Part shown: in pieces, positions 24,061-37,308 of the stretch
Numbering within the stretch: the stretch's first letter is position 1
Layout of the letters: each line of letters opens with the position of its first letter
Source: Octopus bimaculoides
Lineage: Eukaryota
DNA length: 64,000 nt
Assembly (NCBI RefSeq): GCF_001194135.2
Contig: NC_068982.1
Location: 136,673,626 to 136,737,625 of the forward strand
Direction of reading: 5' to 3'
Made by a program: the position numbers and the translations under genes
The notes under the pieces: model-generated
Told to the model about the DNA's origin: nothing
What the model saw: the letters and a program-made list of their open reading frames with translations, nothing else
Database searches by the model: none

Positions 24061-24254
24061 TATATATGAAGCAACGAATTTATAGTTAGATGAACGACAA
24101 ATGCAACTCAAGTATAGAAATAGTCGTGTTTAGAATGATCAGTTCATCGGAGACTAAACAGCTATGAATTACTGTAAAAGAAGAAAAACGAGTAATGACA
24201 GAAAATATGAAATCGTTCTTTTGCTTACACTCTTATTTCATGATGGTTTCTAAT

Positions 24255-24452
24255 TCAGGCACAAAACCAGGTGTGTTGAAGCAGAGGGAATTAATCCATC
24301 CTTTTATTTCACTAGTTTTATATTTCATCGACGCCAAAAAAGATCGAAAGCAAAGTTGACCTGAACAGAATTTGAAGTCAGAATATAAGGAGCCGGGACA
24401 AATTACTCAAAACATTTCGTCCACTCTCTAACGCTTCAGTCAACTCACCGCC
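24255..24452 (-). mobile_element. SINE A, diverged
   Basis: GAAAGCAAAGTTGACC...AGAATTTGAAGTCAGAA...CACCGCC. Confidence 0.7.
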
Positions 24453-24698
24453 TCCCAACCATTTGATAAGGAAAACATTGAGTATTTGAAACCTTCAACC
24501 AAAAATAACAGAAGTCATCCAGCAGTATAAAGAAAAACAGACGACAGTTCAATATGTGAGGCTTCGCCTAACGTACAACGTAGAATGTTTTTTTATCGAG
24601 AAATGTAAGAATTCTTGATATTTAACGTTTTCTAGTTCACCGTTTCTATTTAGTGACGATTTATTCATTTTAGCTGTTATCGGTGTCCATACGTATAT

Positions 24699-25095
24699 GG
24701 AGAGGCTGTGTGTTAAGGAGCTTGCTTTCCAATCACATGGTTCTGAGTTCAATCTTGCAGCGTGGAACCTTGGGCAAGTGTCTTCTGCTATGCCATCGGG
24801 CCAACCAAAGCCTTCTGAGTGGATTTAGTAGACGGAAACTGAAAGAAGCCCGTCGTATATATACTTTTTGATATGTGTGTGCGCGCGCGCGTGTATTTGT
24901 GTGTCTATGTTTGTCCTCCCACCATCGCTTGACAACTGATGTTGGTGTGTTTACGTCCCTGTAACCTAGCGTTTCGGCACAAGAGACCGATAGATTCTCT
25001 TTTAAAAAATAAGTTCTGAGGTCGATTTGCTCGACTAAAGGCTGTGCTCCAGCATGGCGGCAGTCAAATGACTGAAACCTGTAAAAGAATTAAAG
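24699..25095 (+). mobile_element. SINE B, full length
   Basis: Head, CORE-like motif, internal microsatellite and 3' half are all present. Confidence 0.9.
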
Positions 25096-26191
25096 TATAA
25101 CAGAATATATATGTTGGTCTTTATTCCATTTGATCTTGATATTATTTAGTTCATAATTATATGTAAGACTTTATCTGTCATACGATTTGCATAATCCATT
25201 AGTAGTTTTAGAATACGATGGGTTTGAGGAAACCACGAAGGATGACTAACGTGTCAACTTTAACCCAATTCTTATAATTAGTCCAGCAAGAAGCCAGTTA
25301 CCACAGACTGGCCTTTCAAACTCAGTTGGTGGAGCACAAGTCACAAGTGGAGATAATGCTTGAAGGGACGACGCCTGAATCCTTATACATATGGCTAGGC
25401 CTTTCTCTTAAATGACTGCGCTCATTCTGTCAAACCGTGACACTAATTAAAAGTAAATACAGTCCGATGTAATCTGCTAATAAACTATACAATTCACCAA
25501 ACAACGTGAACTTTTGTAGACCTAAGTACTGCCCGCGGTGTGAAACCGAGCTGCGTGTTAGGTCGACTACAATCAAAATCTGGACAAAGGGTTACAGTAT
25601 TCCTAGTAATACTAACACTAGAGAGAAGGTTTCACTAACTCCGTAAACCTCAACCCACAACTGGCTTATCATAATTTCGATTGTCCAGGGCTTCTAGACA
25701 AGTTGCTTTTGCAGGGAAGATGAGATGACATCTTCTTTGAGGTTGTTCTATTAAACTTGCAAATTACCTGATTTCCGATTTGCCAGTTTAATAGAAGAGG
25801 ACTCCGTGATTTAATATTTTAGCATATAATTCATGATAAAAGAATTATTGATAAAGAAATTAAATAACAAAAAGATCATGAAAAATAAAACGCACATTAT
25901 GGTTGATACGTTATAATCACGTTTGGCGGAAACAATAAATCATTCGAAATACAAGAACACACTGAGAGATGTAGAGAGAACATGACGACTAATGTGATAG
26001 AAGTGTTGGCAGTGATTAAGAGTAATGGGCGGAGAAATACTTTAATTTCAGAAAGATATTCTCGCAAGATGTACCACAAATATATGAGTAAAAATAACTA
26101 AATCAAAATGAAACATTTATTAACTATATGAACGATAATATTGTGTTTTTAACTATGAAACTCGAAGTGGATAAAGCTACAAATACTAACA

Positions 26192-26530
26192 TGTTGTTGT
26201 TGTTGGCACTCCGTCGCTTACGACGTCGAGGGTTCCAGTTGATCCGGACAACGGAACAGCCTGCTCATGAAATTAACGTGCAAGTGGCTCAGCACTCCCC
26301 AGGCACGTGTACCCTTAACGTAGTTCTCGGGGATATTCAGTGTGACACAGTGTGACAGGGCTGACTCTTTGAATTACAGGCACAACAGAAACAGGAAGTA
26401 AGAGTGAGAGAAAGCTGTGGTGGAAGAGTACAGCAGGGTTCGCCACAATCCCCTGCCGGAGCCTTATGGAGCTTTAGGTGTTTCCTATGACCACGAGCCG
26501 CTGCCCTAACCACTGTGCCATTGCGCCTCC
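26192..26530 (-). mobile_element. SINE C with internal deletion
   Basis: SINE C body; 10-bp TSD ACTAACATGT at 26185-26194 and 26533-26542. Confidence 0.9.
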
Positions 26531-26889
26531 ACACTAACATGTAGATATTGGATTATATCCTCTTGGCTAGAACGAATCGAAGATATGATTTCGATCCCCA
26601 CGGACAACCTTCGATGGTTCTCTCCCAAAAGGATTATTTGACCGATATTTATATGTTATTATTCATAGCTTTATCTTCTGCGAGTTTTAGTGTTAAAAAC
26701 CAATAACTTCTCGTCTCTTGAAATTTCTAAATTCTTATGACATAAATCAAAGATGTTTATATTATTTGGAATGACCGATCTTTTAAATTAAGCACAACCA
26801 CTCTTTCTTTACTACACACATACACACACACATATACTCACATTCAGAGGTGAACTCCACATAAGCCCAGACAAAATATGCTCGTACTC

Positions 26890-27130
26890 ATATAGTGGTT
26901 TGTTCAGAGGAAGAAAGACCTCTCCACCAAAACATTTAAGGGATGCTCGAAACTGTTGAGAGGGAAGGAAATTATTCTTGGAGAAGTTATCCTCAAGAAC
27001 ACGAAGTTCCAATCCATTGTCCGTCTATCGAATTTCCAAATTCTACTTAAAAGTTTGTGGTCGATCCGATCAAATTTATAAGACACCGAAAGTGTGGCAT
27101 TGTCATTACAGCCGTTTCATGTAAAATGTT
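26890..27130 (-). pseudogene. Highly decayed LINE RT relic
   Basis: FDRIDHKLLS...DW...FL resembles KAFDRVDHxLL...W..xFL. Confidence 0.3.
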
Positions 27131-27636
27131 CGGAGATAACAGAAGTTTGACGGAACTTGCCGAACATTTTACATCAAAGCGCTGTAACTTTGAGTAACAC
27201 CTGAAAGTACACATTCTCAGAAAATACCCTGAGTCTACTGCATTTTCCGTCCTCAAAAGACATAGGGATTAATATATTTGAGTTGCTAACATCAATTCCT
27301 GGTGAAATGAATAAAATGACAGGCGAATCACATCACATTTACTCAAAACTTATTCATTAAGTGTTCTCTTTCCTGTTTTCTTTTTTCTGTCTTCGTTTTT
27401 CCTTTTAGCTTGTTACCTCAAGAAAACTCAAATTGGTGACGTCATTTTGTCTAAAAAAGAACACATGACATTCCTGTTCATATTTTGAATTTCAGTATTT
27501 CTTTGTACTTTTCATTTTCCATTTTGAACGCGAGGAAGACAAACAGTCTGTTGAAATATTGTTCAATTAGTTCAATTCAATAATCGGAGTGTATCGTTAT
27601 ATATTACAACTCGCAGCGAGCTCTTCTTATTGTTTG

Positions 27637-27688
<52 letters not shown>

Positions 27689-27734
27689 TGATGATGATGA
27701 TGATGATGATAATGATGATGATGATGATGATGAT
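27637..27734. repeat. (TAA)n(GAT)n microsatellite
   Basis: Direct reading of the sequence. Confidence 0.95.
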
Positions 27735-28268
27735 CTAAAACTGTGCGTTACAAATGATAAACAGCTGGAAACATTACTACAGAGAGTTCATGGATTTACT
27801 ACTGAAATAAGCATGACATTTCGCTTAGAAAAATGTGCAAAAGTAACCTTGAAAACAGGAAAACTATTTAAGAGTAGCAGCATCACATTAGATAAAACAA
27901 ATGAAATAAGAGAATTAGACCAACGACTGACATAGAAATACTTAGGAATCAATGAACTAGATATGATACAACACGCACCAACGAAAGAGAAGATAAGAAA
28001 ACAATATTATAGACAAGTTAAATTAATAACGAAAACAGAGCTCAATGCGAAAAACAAGAGAATTGGAATCAACACTTTTGCCGTCCCAGTTGTAAGTTAC
28101 AGTTACAAAAGTCTTAATTGGACTCTAAATGAACTAATCAAAATAGACAAGGGAACAAGAAAAATAATGACAGGATTTAGGATGCACCACCCAAAATCTG
28201 ACACAGAAAGGTTATATATAGAACGTATGGAATGCGGTAGAGGTTTTATACAGCTAGAAATCTATTAC
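27729..28268 (+). pseudogene. R4/Dong-like RT fragment (from the DD motif onward)
   Basis: DDLKL, FRLEKCA, KYLGI, ELNAKNK..IN..AVPVVSYS, HPKSDTERLY..R..GRG..QL. Confidence 0.9.
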
Positions 28269-28659
28269 CTAAACCTAACCCTAACCCTAATATTTCACAG
28301 GTATTGAATTTATCGAACTGGAAAGGGTGAAAAGTAAAGTTGGCCACGGCAGAATTTGAAGTTAGAACGTAATGACTAGAAGGAAATATCGCCAGGCATG
28401 TTGTCGCATACTATACCGATGATAAGAAAGATTTCTCTCAAAAACACTAAATATACACACAATTAAGTTATCGGAGTAGGTATATGAGGTCATATTCCCC
28501 AAAATTCTCCTAGTTCTTGACTGGGGCTTTATTTCGTCAATTCATGAACGATGAAATGTAAAATCAATCCTACCGGAATTTGAACATGCAACATAGATGT
28601 AATCAAATAACTGAAATGACACAGGTAATTAATGCAGCAGAATTAATTACATTATAGGA

Positions 28660-28865
28660 GTGAGCCGGTAGAATCCTGAAAGCGTCAAGGAAAAATGCCT
28701 AGCAGTATTTCTTCCGGGTTTTACATTATGTGTTCATTAGGTCATTACCTTTCAGTATTCCGGGTTCGATAGGAATGCTTTATGAGTCAGGTAGTGGGAT
28801 CTGTGTAACCGACTAATTCTCCTTTCCAAAATGTCAGACCTTGTGCCTATATCAGAGACAATTGG
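28660..28865 (+). mobile_element. SINE A, old copy
   Basis: GAAAAATGCCTAGCAGTATTTC...CCTTGTGCCTATA. Confidence 0.6.
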
Positions 28866-29529
28866 TTATACGTGAACGTTATTGATACCAGAGTTATCTC
28901 TCCGTTGCTGAAGTAAAATTGTGAAACGTCTTATGTCTTAATGTTGACACTTTGATCAGTGGCAGCTCAAAGCTGAATACAACTTTTATGCGGAAAAGTA
29001 AGGCATGGTAGGAATCTTCTCAAAGAAAATTGCATGAGTCTAAGAAAACTTTTCATTAGGTGCATGACGGTGGTAGAACAATAACAAAAGAAATGTTTTT
29101 CATTAGTTTAGATGAGACGTTTATCACTTAATCTTTCATGAACATTTTATTGTTTATTTTGATACTTTATTGTTCTTGGCAATTAGTATTATCTTTGTTC
29201 TTTTCTATTTGCGGGTCGATAGATAATCAAGTGAGATTTTCGTTGTGAGATTAAATACCAGAATTACGTAACCGCAGTATTAAGGGTAATATTATGTCCT
29301 AATCGAATGCCTTCTTGTGAAACATTTTAGTGTAGCGTCAGGAATGGAAGCTATTTCAAAAGAGTTCTTCTATTCTGCACATCTTGCACCGACCGACATG
29401 CGATTCTGTGTTGTCACACGTACAGACACGATGCTCAACTACGCGCAAAATATCCTGATAGTTGTACTAAACCCATAGTTCAATAGCTATGCTATAAAGT
29501 GTTTCATTTCTTTTCAAAATCACATACAT

Positions 29530-29605
29530 ATATGTATACATATATGCATACATACATACATACATACATACATACATACATACATGCATACATACACACA
29601 TACAT
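29530..29605. repeat. (CATA)n microsatellite
   Basis: Direct reading of the sequence. Confidence 0.9.
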
Positions 29606-29606
29606 A

Positions 29607-30403
29607 CAGTACCGTGCAAAAGTCTTCGGTCACCTTGAACTATGTAAATTTCTACTAATTGCCGACTTGTAAGTGAATGTTTTCCATTGCGTTTTTTACA
29701 GATGAAACATTGATCCTGTTGGAGTCATTTCCATACCTAATTATTATACTTGCCCGTATGAATTTTGAATGAGATGGGAAGATGCGAGACGACAAGCAAA
29801 AATAACCGTGCAAAAGTTTTCGGTCATGACACATAAACCAATCAAAATACAGTATTCTCAAATAGAAAAATGACATAATGAAAATTTATTACAAAATGTT
29901 CATTTCAAGAAGTTACTATTTGTTAATATTTCATGTGGCTTGCATTAGCTTGAATAATTACTTCGATGCGCCTGGGAAGAGATGCGTACAAATATGGGAG
30001 CTCAGCCACAGAAAATGGCATCTCATACCTGTAAAGATAGTGAAGGATTTGTACGCATCTCTACACAGGCATATTGAAGCAATTATTCAAACTAAGGGAA
30101 ATCACACGAAATATTAACAATGTACAGTAATTCTTGCAATGAACATTATGTAAGAAATTTTCATTATAGACATTTTCCCGTTTTAAAGCACTGTATCTTG
30201 ATTGGTCTATGTGAGGTGCCTGAAAACGTCTGCGCGGCCATTTTTGGTTGTCGTGTCGTCTCGCATCTTACCCTCTCATTTAGAACCCTTACTACAAAAT
30301 ATAATGATTAGGTATAGAAATGACTCTAACAGGGCCAATGATTCGTGTGTAAAATACAATGCGAAACATCCAGTTGGCAGTTAAGAGAAATTCAAAATAG
30401 TTA
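29607..30403 (+). mobile_element. Tc1-family IR/DR-type non-autonomous transposon
   Basis: TA then CAGTACCGTGCAAAAGTCTTCGGTCA; internal direct repeat ACCGTGCAAAAGTTTTCGGTCA at 29805; inverted copy of the left arm at about 30208-30403. Transposase C-terminus KDLYASLHRHIEAIIQTKGNHTKY*. Confidence 0.85.
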
Positions 30404-30451
30404 ATAATGATTGTTATAATCCAAAGATAAACATGATAAATAATAGTTATA

Positions 30452-30870
30452 TTAATATTAATGTCTTTCAACATTACCTCTCCTGGCCCACATGATCCAC
30501 CCTGGGTTAATCAAGCCCCAGCTTGTATCCCGATAGCAGTAAATCACTGGTCTGTCTTTAGCCAAAGTTACCAAGAAGCTATCCATCTCTGCAGCTTCAG
30601 TAATAGAATTTATCGCCATCTTTGCTGCACCAGTGCCTCCAAACCCAGTCAAAGCTTTGCATAATGAACGCCTACAAAACCTCGACAGCCCACTCCTATT
30701 GCCTCGCAAAGTGCTTGTTATGCTGTATTTCTGCATTGCTCTACAAGCTGCTCGTCTCAAACAAACTTCTTTTCTATGAACTTCCTTTATGTGTTCCTGC
30801 AAGGGTAAATCAGTTCCCATTTGATCACCAGTTTGGTAGAATTTGTGAAGATCACTATGTCTAAATTGGT
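30452..30870 (-). pseudogene. Hero-like RLE non-LTR retrotransposon 3' fragment
   Basis: GVGCRGFVG then RSLCKALTGFGGTGAAK.AINSITEAAE across a frameshift; 3' UTR ACAAGCTGGGGCTTGATTAACCC...GTTGAAAGAC. Confidence 0.75.
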
Positions 30871-32519
30871 ACCATGTGGTCTGAGAACTTTAACAATTTC
30901 ACCAGATATCTTCTCATTTACTCTCAGCTAGGGAAGTGGAAAGTACCAGTAATGATCATTGAAGTATGTATGTATGCTTAAGGTGCGAGGGATATTTGAG
31001 GACATTTAATTATCAGTATATTACTCTCATCAAATTAAATATTTTAATCTATTTCATATGCGTTGTTACATTTCATTTTCAATAATGCACCGCCCTTGGT
31101 TGGTTCTCTCATTGACCTTGAAAAGATGAAAGGCAAAATTGACCTCGGCCAGATCTGATCTCAGAGTGCAGGAAGTCGTAACTATCTAGTTGGGGTTCCA
31201 TTTATTTTTTAACCACTGAAATGAACTCCAGTAATATGCTATTGTTGAATCGATTGACTTTTCTCTTCTTTTCTTACCCAAGGCATGCCTTAGACCTATA
31301 AGGTAATTCTTTATTCTTTGGTTCCTGCTAATTGCTGATAAGCACAGTTGATTCTCTGTTGTAACATTCTAACTTCTGTATTGTTGTTAGTTTCTTTGAC
31401 AAAGAATATAAATGTTGATCAATAGCATTTCCTCTCCTTATAAATCTGAGGATATGTACCTATGTAAGAAATCACTTGTTAAGTTAATGACACCATAGAA
31501 TATTCAGAGAATTGTCTGAATTAATTTAATGCTAATTCACCGTGATTCCGTTTTTTAACATATTCCGTTCACGTATTTGTTGAGGCGAGTATTGCCAGTG
31601 GTTGTCTGTATCTTTTTTTCAATCGAACCGAATTTCTCATGTGACCAGTGCAATAATATTGATATTCATTCTGCAAATTTAATTGCATTGTAAAGTATTG
31701 GTGGTTTTTTTTATTTCCTCATACAACAATAGTTCCATTTATCAGAACTTTCCAATTCTTTTGTGATATATAAGCTCTCTAAATTTAAGTTCATACAAAG
31801 CAGGATATTTATAACTTTTGTTATTTATAAGTTAAAGAATAAAACACCAAGTGTGGAGATTGCTTTGTCTGTCCTTACAACTATCTGAAGATAATTGTCA
31901 TATATAGAGTAAATTGTATTTATATTGAAATCTCTTATAAAGCCTATTGGTGATTTTGGCTCCCTGTGTGACACCTTTATGACTTTTCTAGTTCTGTTAT
32001 CAATATGGCACCTCAGGTAAGTCCTTATCTTTTTCTATGTTGCTTTCTGTCATGATTACAAACATAATTGTGTATTTACTGATTTTTTTCCGCTTTATTT
32101 TGTGTGTGTGGTTTTAAATAATCTTTTGTTGATCGCAGTCGGATCAGTTCTTTCAACTGTTGAGCTTTATTTTTTATTACCAAATTTTTATCAGTTTTAT
32201 TTCCTTAACTGAGATCATCCTTTCCTTTATTACATTTTTGTGAGTGGGGCGTATTTTTAACATTTTGTATGTGTAATCCCCAAAACATTCTAATCCGTAA
32301 ATATTGTCAATAGTACTTTTAAATGTATACAGTAGCAAACACCTTCTACCGTCATCTTAAGATCACACTATCGTCTTATAATCAAATTACTTTTAAAACA
32401 AAGTTCTAATTTTCTTATACTTTGACAGACATTCTCTAAAACAGTACTTTGTACAAAACCAAAAATATGACACCGTAATCATAACACCAACTTATAACTT
32501 GTTATCTCCTGAGGTAAGA

Positions 32520-33345
32520 CTTGGAGTCGACTTGAACAAATACAAAGCAAAAGCTAAACATAGAAAGCAAGATCTGTGTTGTCAATGAGAAGAACAGTCT
32601 GGGATAGAACAATATAATACTTACCAAAAACGTGATGCACCCACAAACGTTTAAAAAACGAGATGAAGAAGAAAGTGTAAACAACTGGAAAATGAAACCA
32701 CTGCATAGGCAATACCTCAGAGAAATCGAAGTAGAAGACAAGATAAACACTTGGAGATGGCTAAGAAAGAGTGATCTGAAGAGATGCACTGAGGCATTGA
32801 TATGCAGCGCGCAGGAACAAGCTCTGAGAACTAACTACACAAAGTTCCAAATAGATAAGAATAGCGAATCACTCCTTTGTAGGATGTGCGGCAGTTGAAA
32901 CAAAACTATTTCACATATTGTGAGTGAGCGTAGTAAGGTGGCCTAAAAGCACTTCAAAAAGAGGCATGATAATATGGCTAAGTTTATCCACTGGAGGCTA
33001 TGCGAAGAGTACAGTCTGAAAAGAGCACGGAGATGGTACGAACATGAACCAGAAGGAGTCACCGAGAATAAGAAACTTAAGATACTGTGGTTTTTTTGCA
33101 ATCCAATGTGACTCGCTAAGCGAGGGTCGGAAACCACATATTTTGTGGTAGATAAAAGAAAAAAGGTAGAACCCAAGATCATAGATATTGCAGTACCAGG
33201 AGATACACATGCATAAGTGACAAAGAACTAGAAAGATTGAAAAGTACAGACTACTGAAAGACGAAATTCCAAGAATGCGGACTATGAGGAGAGTGTCTGT
33301 CATTCCAGTAGTTGTAGAGACACTCAGAGCACTAACAACCAAGTT
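32520..33345 (+). pseudogene. R4/Dong-like C-terminal half: CCHC finger and RLE domain
   Basis: WKMKPLH.QY, TWRWL, AQEQALRTN, CRMC...ISHIVSE, RHDN, LKILW, IIDIAVPGD, VIPVVV. Confidence 0.92.
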
Positions 33346-33488
33346 CAATTTTGAGATTGGTACTTTGATGTTGAATGTCTCCCACGATAATTAACAACCA
33401 AGTATCAAAGCTTATAATGTGCGGAAAGAGACCCTGTCCGTTCCACAGAATCTACCTGAACAAACAAGACCGAGCGCTCTGAGAAGTA

Positions 33489-33489
<1 letters not shown>

Positions 33490-33524
<35 letters not shown>

Positions 33525-33537
33525 AATAATAATAATG

Positions 33538-33590
<53 letters not shown>
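33490..33590. repeat. (CAA)n(TAA)n microsatellite
   Basis: Direct reading of the sequence. Confidence 0.95.
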
Positions 33591-33592
<2 letters not shown>

Positions 33593-33624
33593 AATGTTAC
33601 TTCCATTTTTCATGCGTTTACAGT

Positions 33625-33790
33625 GTGACTAAAAGTTTACTCGGCGTTCTTTATATTAAAAAGCCCAGTTTAGTACAGCTCCAGAAAAGAGTATTATTAG
33701 GGACATCTAGGATACTTAGGAGGGTTCTTGGCATCTAAGGTTACTTGTAACCTGATGTTAGGATTCTTTTCTTTTCCAACAGTCTAATAT
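33625..33790 (+). pseudogene. R4/Dong-like ORF terminus and 3' UTR
   Basis: QLQKRVLLGTSRILRRVLGI*; the UTR AAGGTTACTTG...GATGTTAGGA is shared with the copy at 10040. Confidence 0.85.
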
Positions 33791-33829
33791 GTTGTGTGTA
33801 TATGAAAATTATAAAGCCAAACGTTTATA

Positions 33830-33873
33830 ATGACGACGACGACGACGACGATGACGACGACGACAACGACGAC

Positions 33874-33903
<30 letters not shown>
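33830..33903. repeat. (GAC)n(GAT)n microsatellite
   Basis: Direct reading of the sequence. Confidence 0.95.
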
Positions 33904-33904
<1 letters not shown>

Positions 33905-36869
33905 GCTCTACAACTTATCAAACGGCAGTCGGGAAGCTGTTCCTACTCATGTCGCCGATTTTAAAGTACCATGGAGAGGAGATTTTAAAGATTTTTTTAT
34001 CATGTGGCTGACTGGGTAACAGAACTTGGTTCACCTGCAAAAATACCTTGGCAAGCAGTAATTCTTATTTTATTATTTACAACTTTAAAAAAGAAACTGT
34101 TATTCACGAACAAGCGTCCATGTCGTGGTATAGAATGAGTTCTACTACAAAGTAACTTCCATTGGTTATGCGTTTACAGTGAGATTAATAGTTTAGTTGG
34201 TGCTCTTAATATTAATTTATTTAACAGGAAGCACACGCTTCTAGTGGCGATCGATATTTTTTCACTTCTTTTGTCTATGGTGTATTTGTATTGTTACCAA
34301 AAAACGCAACCATTGTACGAAAAAACGTCAACGATATATTCACGAATTATTCTTGTCGCTATAGACATTTTTTATGATTTTGTACTGTAAATCTTTTTTT
34401 GCCATATCCGTAATCATGACTGTCTAAATCATATTTAGATAAGAAAAAAATTGTGTCTGTATTTATGATGCATATACTATATACATTTGCTGGTGATCGA
34501 CATATGACCACACAGTATAAATGCTATAAAGCTTTTAAAACTAACAATGCATACAGCAATGCAGCTAGTGATATTAGTATCGGTGAATTCATAATCATGA
34601 TTATTTCTTTAATTACAAGAACATTATGCATGATGTTTAAAATAAACCTGAGTATATATTTAGCACGTTCGAGTGCACTCAGAAGTAAAAATCCTGGAAA
34701 TGTTTCGGAGAAAAATCTGCTGATAGACTATGTGTGTAAAATCATATCGATTTGTGCCATACGTAATGTCACTAGATTGAGAGACACTAGCTTCAGCGTG
34801 GCTACGCTTCATTAGTAACACGCATCACTTCCTTCATTTCTAACTCAAGGAAAACAGCCATTTTTATGTGTAAACAGCAAAAAATACATTTGCAGTGGTG
34901 TACAAAACTTTGTCATACTGAAGTTAGTTAATTATCATCACCCCAAAAAGAGACAATTTATACAAAGATGTGTACACACGGAAATACCCAATAAGTTTAC
35001 GATGCGTTTTGCATCTAACTATCCTATGGTGTGTGTTTAAAATGCCATTCCAGATTCCCACCAGTATTAATGAACCAATTTTCTCATGAATGTCTCTGAT
35101 GCCTGAAGCAGTTCTGTCTCAGCTGAGGCATATGCAGTTACTGGCCTGAATGCACCACCTCTGCTGCTGCTAGGACTCACTATCACCGACTTACTTTTAT
35201 CGTCCGTAATTCAAAGTTCAAACTATTCTAAAACAACATGCCACCTCACCATTCAGTTTTGGTCGGCGAGGACTCACATGGGTGCCTGCATTCCAGAAAC
35301 TCTGGTCTCATTGATGGCTAACCCGACAACATTTAATGTATTGGTGTCATTCGCCAGTTTCCATCCCCTCCCCATGTCCTTTCCTTCTCACAAGAATTTT
35401 TAAGTGTACGGTTGATATATGCGCTTTTGTCGTTTCTAATGGTGTTAGTGTTGTTCTGGAAGATAGATTTCAACAAGTCTTCATGTTTCAATATTAGTGG
35501 TAGTAGTCCTCATGGCTGTCTTGGCTGGGGTTTTAATTATTGTATCGTTGCTAAGATTAATGCTGATGTTGTTGTAGCTGTTATTGCTGTTCGTCTTCAT
35601 CTTGACATGGCTATGATGTTCGCAGTAACATATCTGAAGACAAACAGTTTTGTAGTAGTCGATGCTACTGCACGTAGCTTCTCAGCGCAATTATGATCAG
35701 ATCATCTTTCCCCTCGCTAAAGGAAATCATAGATCTTAAATTTATTTTCCGTGGAGAACAGCATCTATAATCTTATTTTGAGATCCGACTAGTTATTTGT
35801 GAGGTGGCAACTTCTTCATATTCGCCTAAGATTATGATGAAGTACATTATATAATCTTTCTAGAGCCATATTTCTTAAGGTCAATATACTTCACATAAAG
35901 CAGCAATAATATACATTCCCCGTAGAAGTATTTATCTATAAATATTAATCGATTCTTCATTTCATTATAGTCAACTCCACACATCCTTCATACATTTTTC
36001 AGTTCGTATTCGTGTAGAGTTCTTTCCTGGCTTTTACGCTGACGCCTCTGTAGCAAGGTCCTTCTTCGAATGACTTTTCCTTTTACGACAAGGTAACATA
36101 AGCTTCCATACATAAGCTAGGGTGAAGTCTAATTATTCCCTTGAGAGCATAGAGAAACATAATCGGATTATGACATTGCAAAATAGGCAACTAACTTATC
36201 TACTTTCTTATCCTTGGATGAAAAGTTTTGTTAAAGAAGTCTCTTCTTTTACAAAAATTTGGCAAGCGAAATTTCTTTTTTTCTTCCCTAAGTAATTTAC
36301 TTTGAAAGACGGCTTGTCGCTTGAAACACTTCTTTCACCGTTTAGCAACAATTTATATTGTTGTAACTGCTGTTACTTTTGTTCATGTGGTGCAAGTTTG
36401 CGTTTTCCAATATTAAGCTGTAATTATCTGTACTTGAATACTGCATATATGTTTCATTGTCATATTTCCCGAATATATTATTAAAAAAAATTATCTTCTT
36501 TTGAATTTTTTTCACGTGTTGGAAGATTAAATATCAGTTTCGTTCCAGACAGATGTATAAGTGCTACTCTCTCGCCTGTCAGTAACTCTTACTGCTCCTC
36601 TAGTGGAGGAAGCCATATTGGAAATGTTTGTCAAAATGAAAATTCCGGAAAAAAGTTCACAAGTGCTGAATAAAACACTTTCTAGTTAACTCAGGAATAG
36701 GAAAGGACTTAAGAACGACCCAACGACCCTTATTTGATGAATAATAGAAAAAGTAATAATGTTTGTCCAATAAAAGTTGTTAATAATCCAAATATTCCTG
36801 GAAGACATTTACGACGCCCTCATACGCTATGAACTCAAAGAACGTCACCAAAAAAGGCAAGAGCAAAAC

Positions 36870-37202
36870 GAAGAAGAAGAAGAAGAAGAAGAAGAAGAAC
36901 AACAACAACAACAACAACAACAAGGAGGAGGAGAAGAAGGAGGAGGAGGAGAAGAAGGAAAAGAAGAAGGAGGAGAAGAAGAAGTAGAAGAAGAAGAAGA
37001 AGAAGAAGAAGAAGAAGAAGAAGAAGAAGAAGAAGAAGAAGGAGGAGGAAGAGAAGAAGAAGAAGAAGAAGAAGAAGAAGAAGAAGAAGAAGAAGAAGAA
37101 GAAGAAGAAGAAAAAGGAGGAGGAAGAGAAGAGGAAGAAGAAGAAGAAGAAGAAGAAGAAGAAGAAGAAGAAGAAGAAGAAGAAGAAGAAGAAGAAGAAG
37201 AA
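36870..37202. repeat. (GAA)n/(GGA)n/(CAA)n polypurine repeat
   Basis: Direct reading of the sequence. Confidence 0.95.
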
Positions 37203-37221
37203 AGTAATAACAGAAACATAA

Positions 37222-37308
37222 AGGGCGGCGAGCTAGCAGAAACGTTAGCGCGCCTGGCGAAATGCTTAGTGGTATTTCGTCTGCTGCTACGTTCTGAGTT
37301 CAAATTCC
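37222..37308 (+). mobile_element. SINE A 5' head only
   Basis: GGCGGCGAGCTAGCAGAAACGTTAGC...GAGTTCAAATTCCG, then unrelated sequence. Confidence 0.85.

Noticed and set aside
31992-32016. 25-nt micro-exon candidate (TTTTCTAG|..CAG|GTAAGT); similar ones near 14248 and 50571
   Set aside because: Such motif pairs are expected by chance in 64 kb of AT-rich DNA, and they form no consistent gene model.
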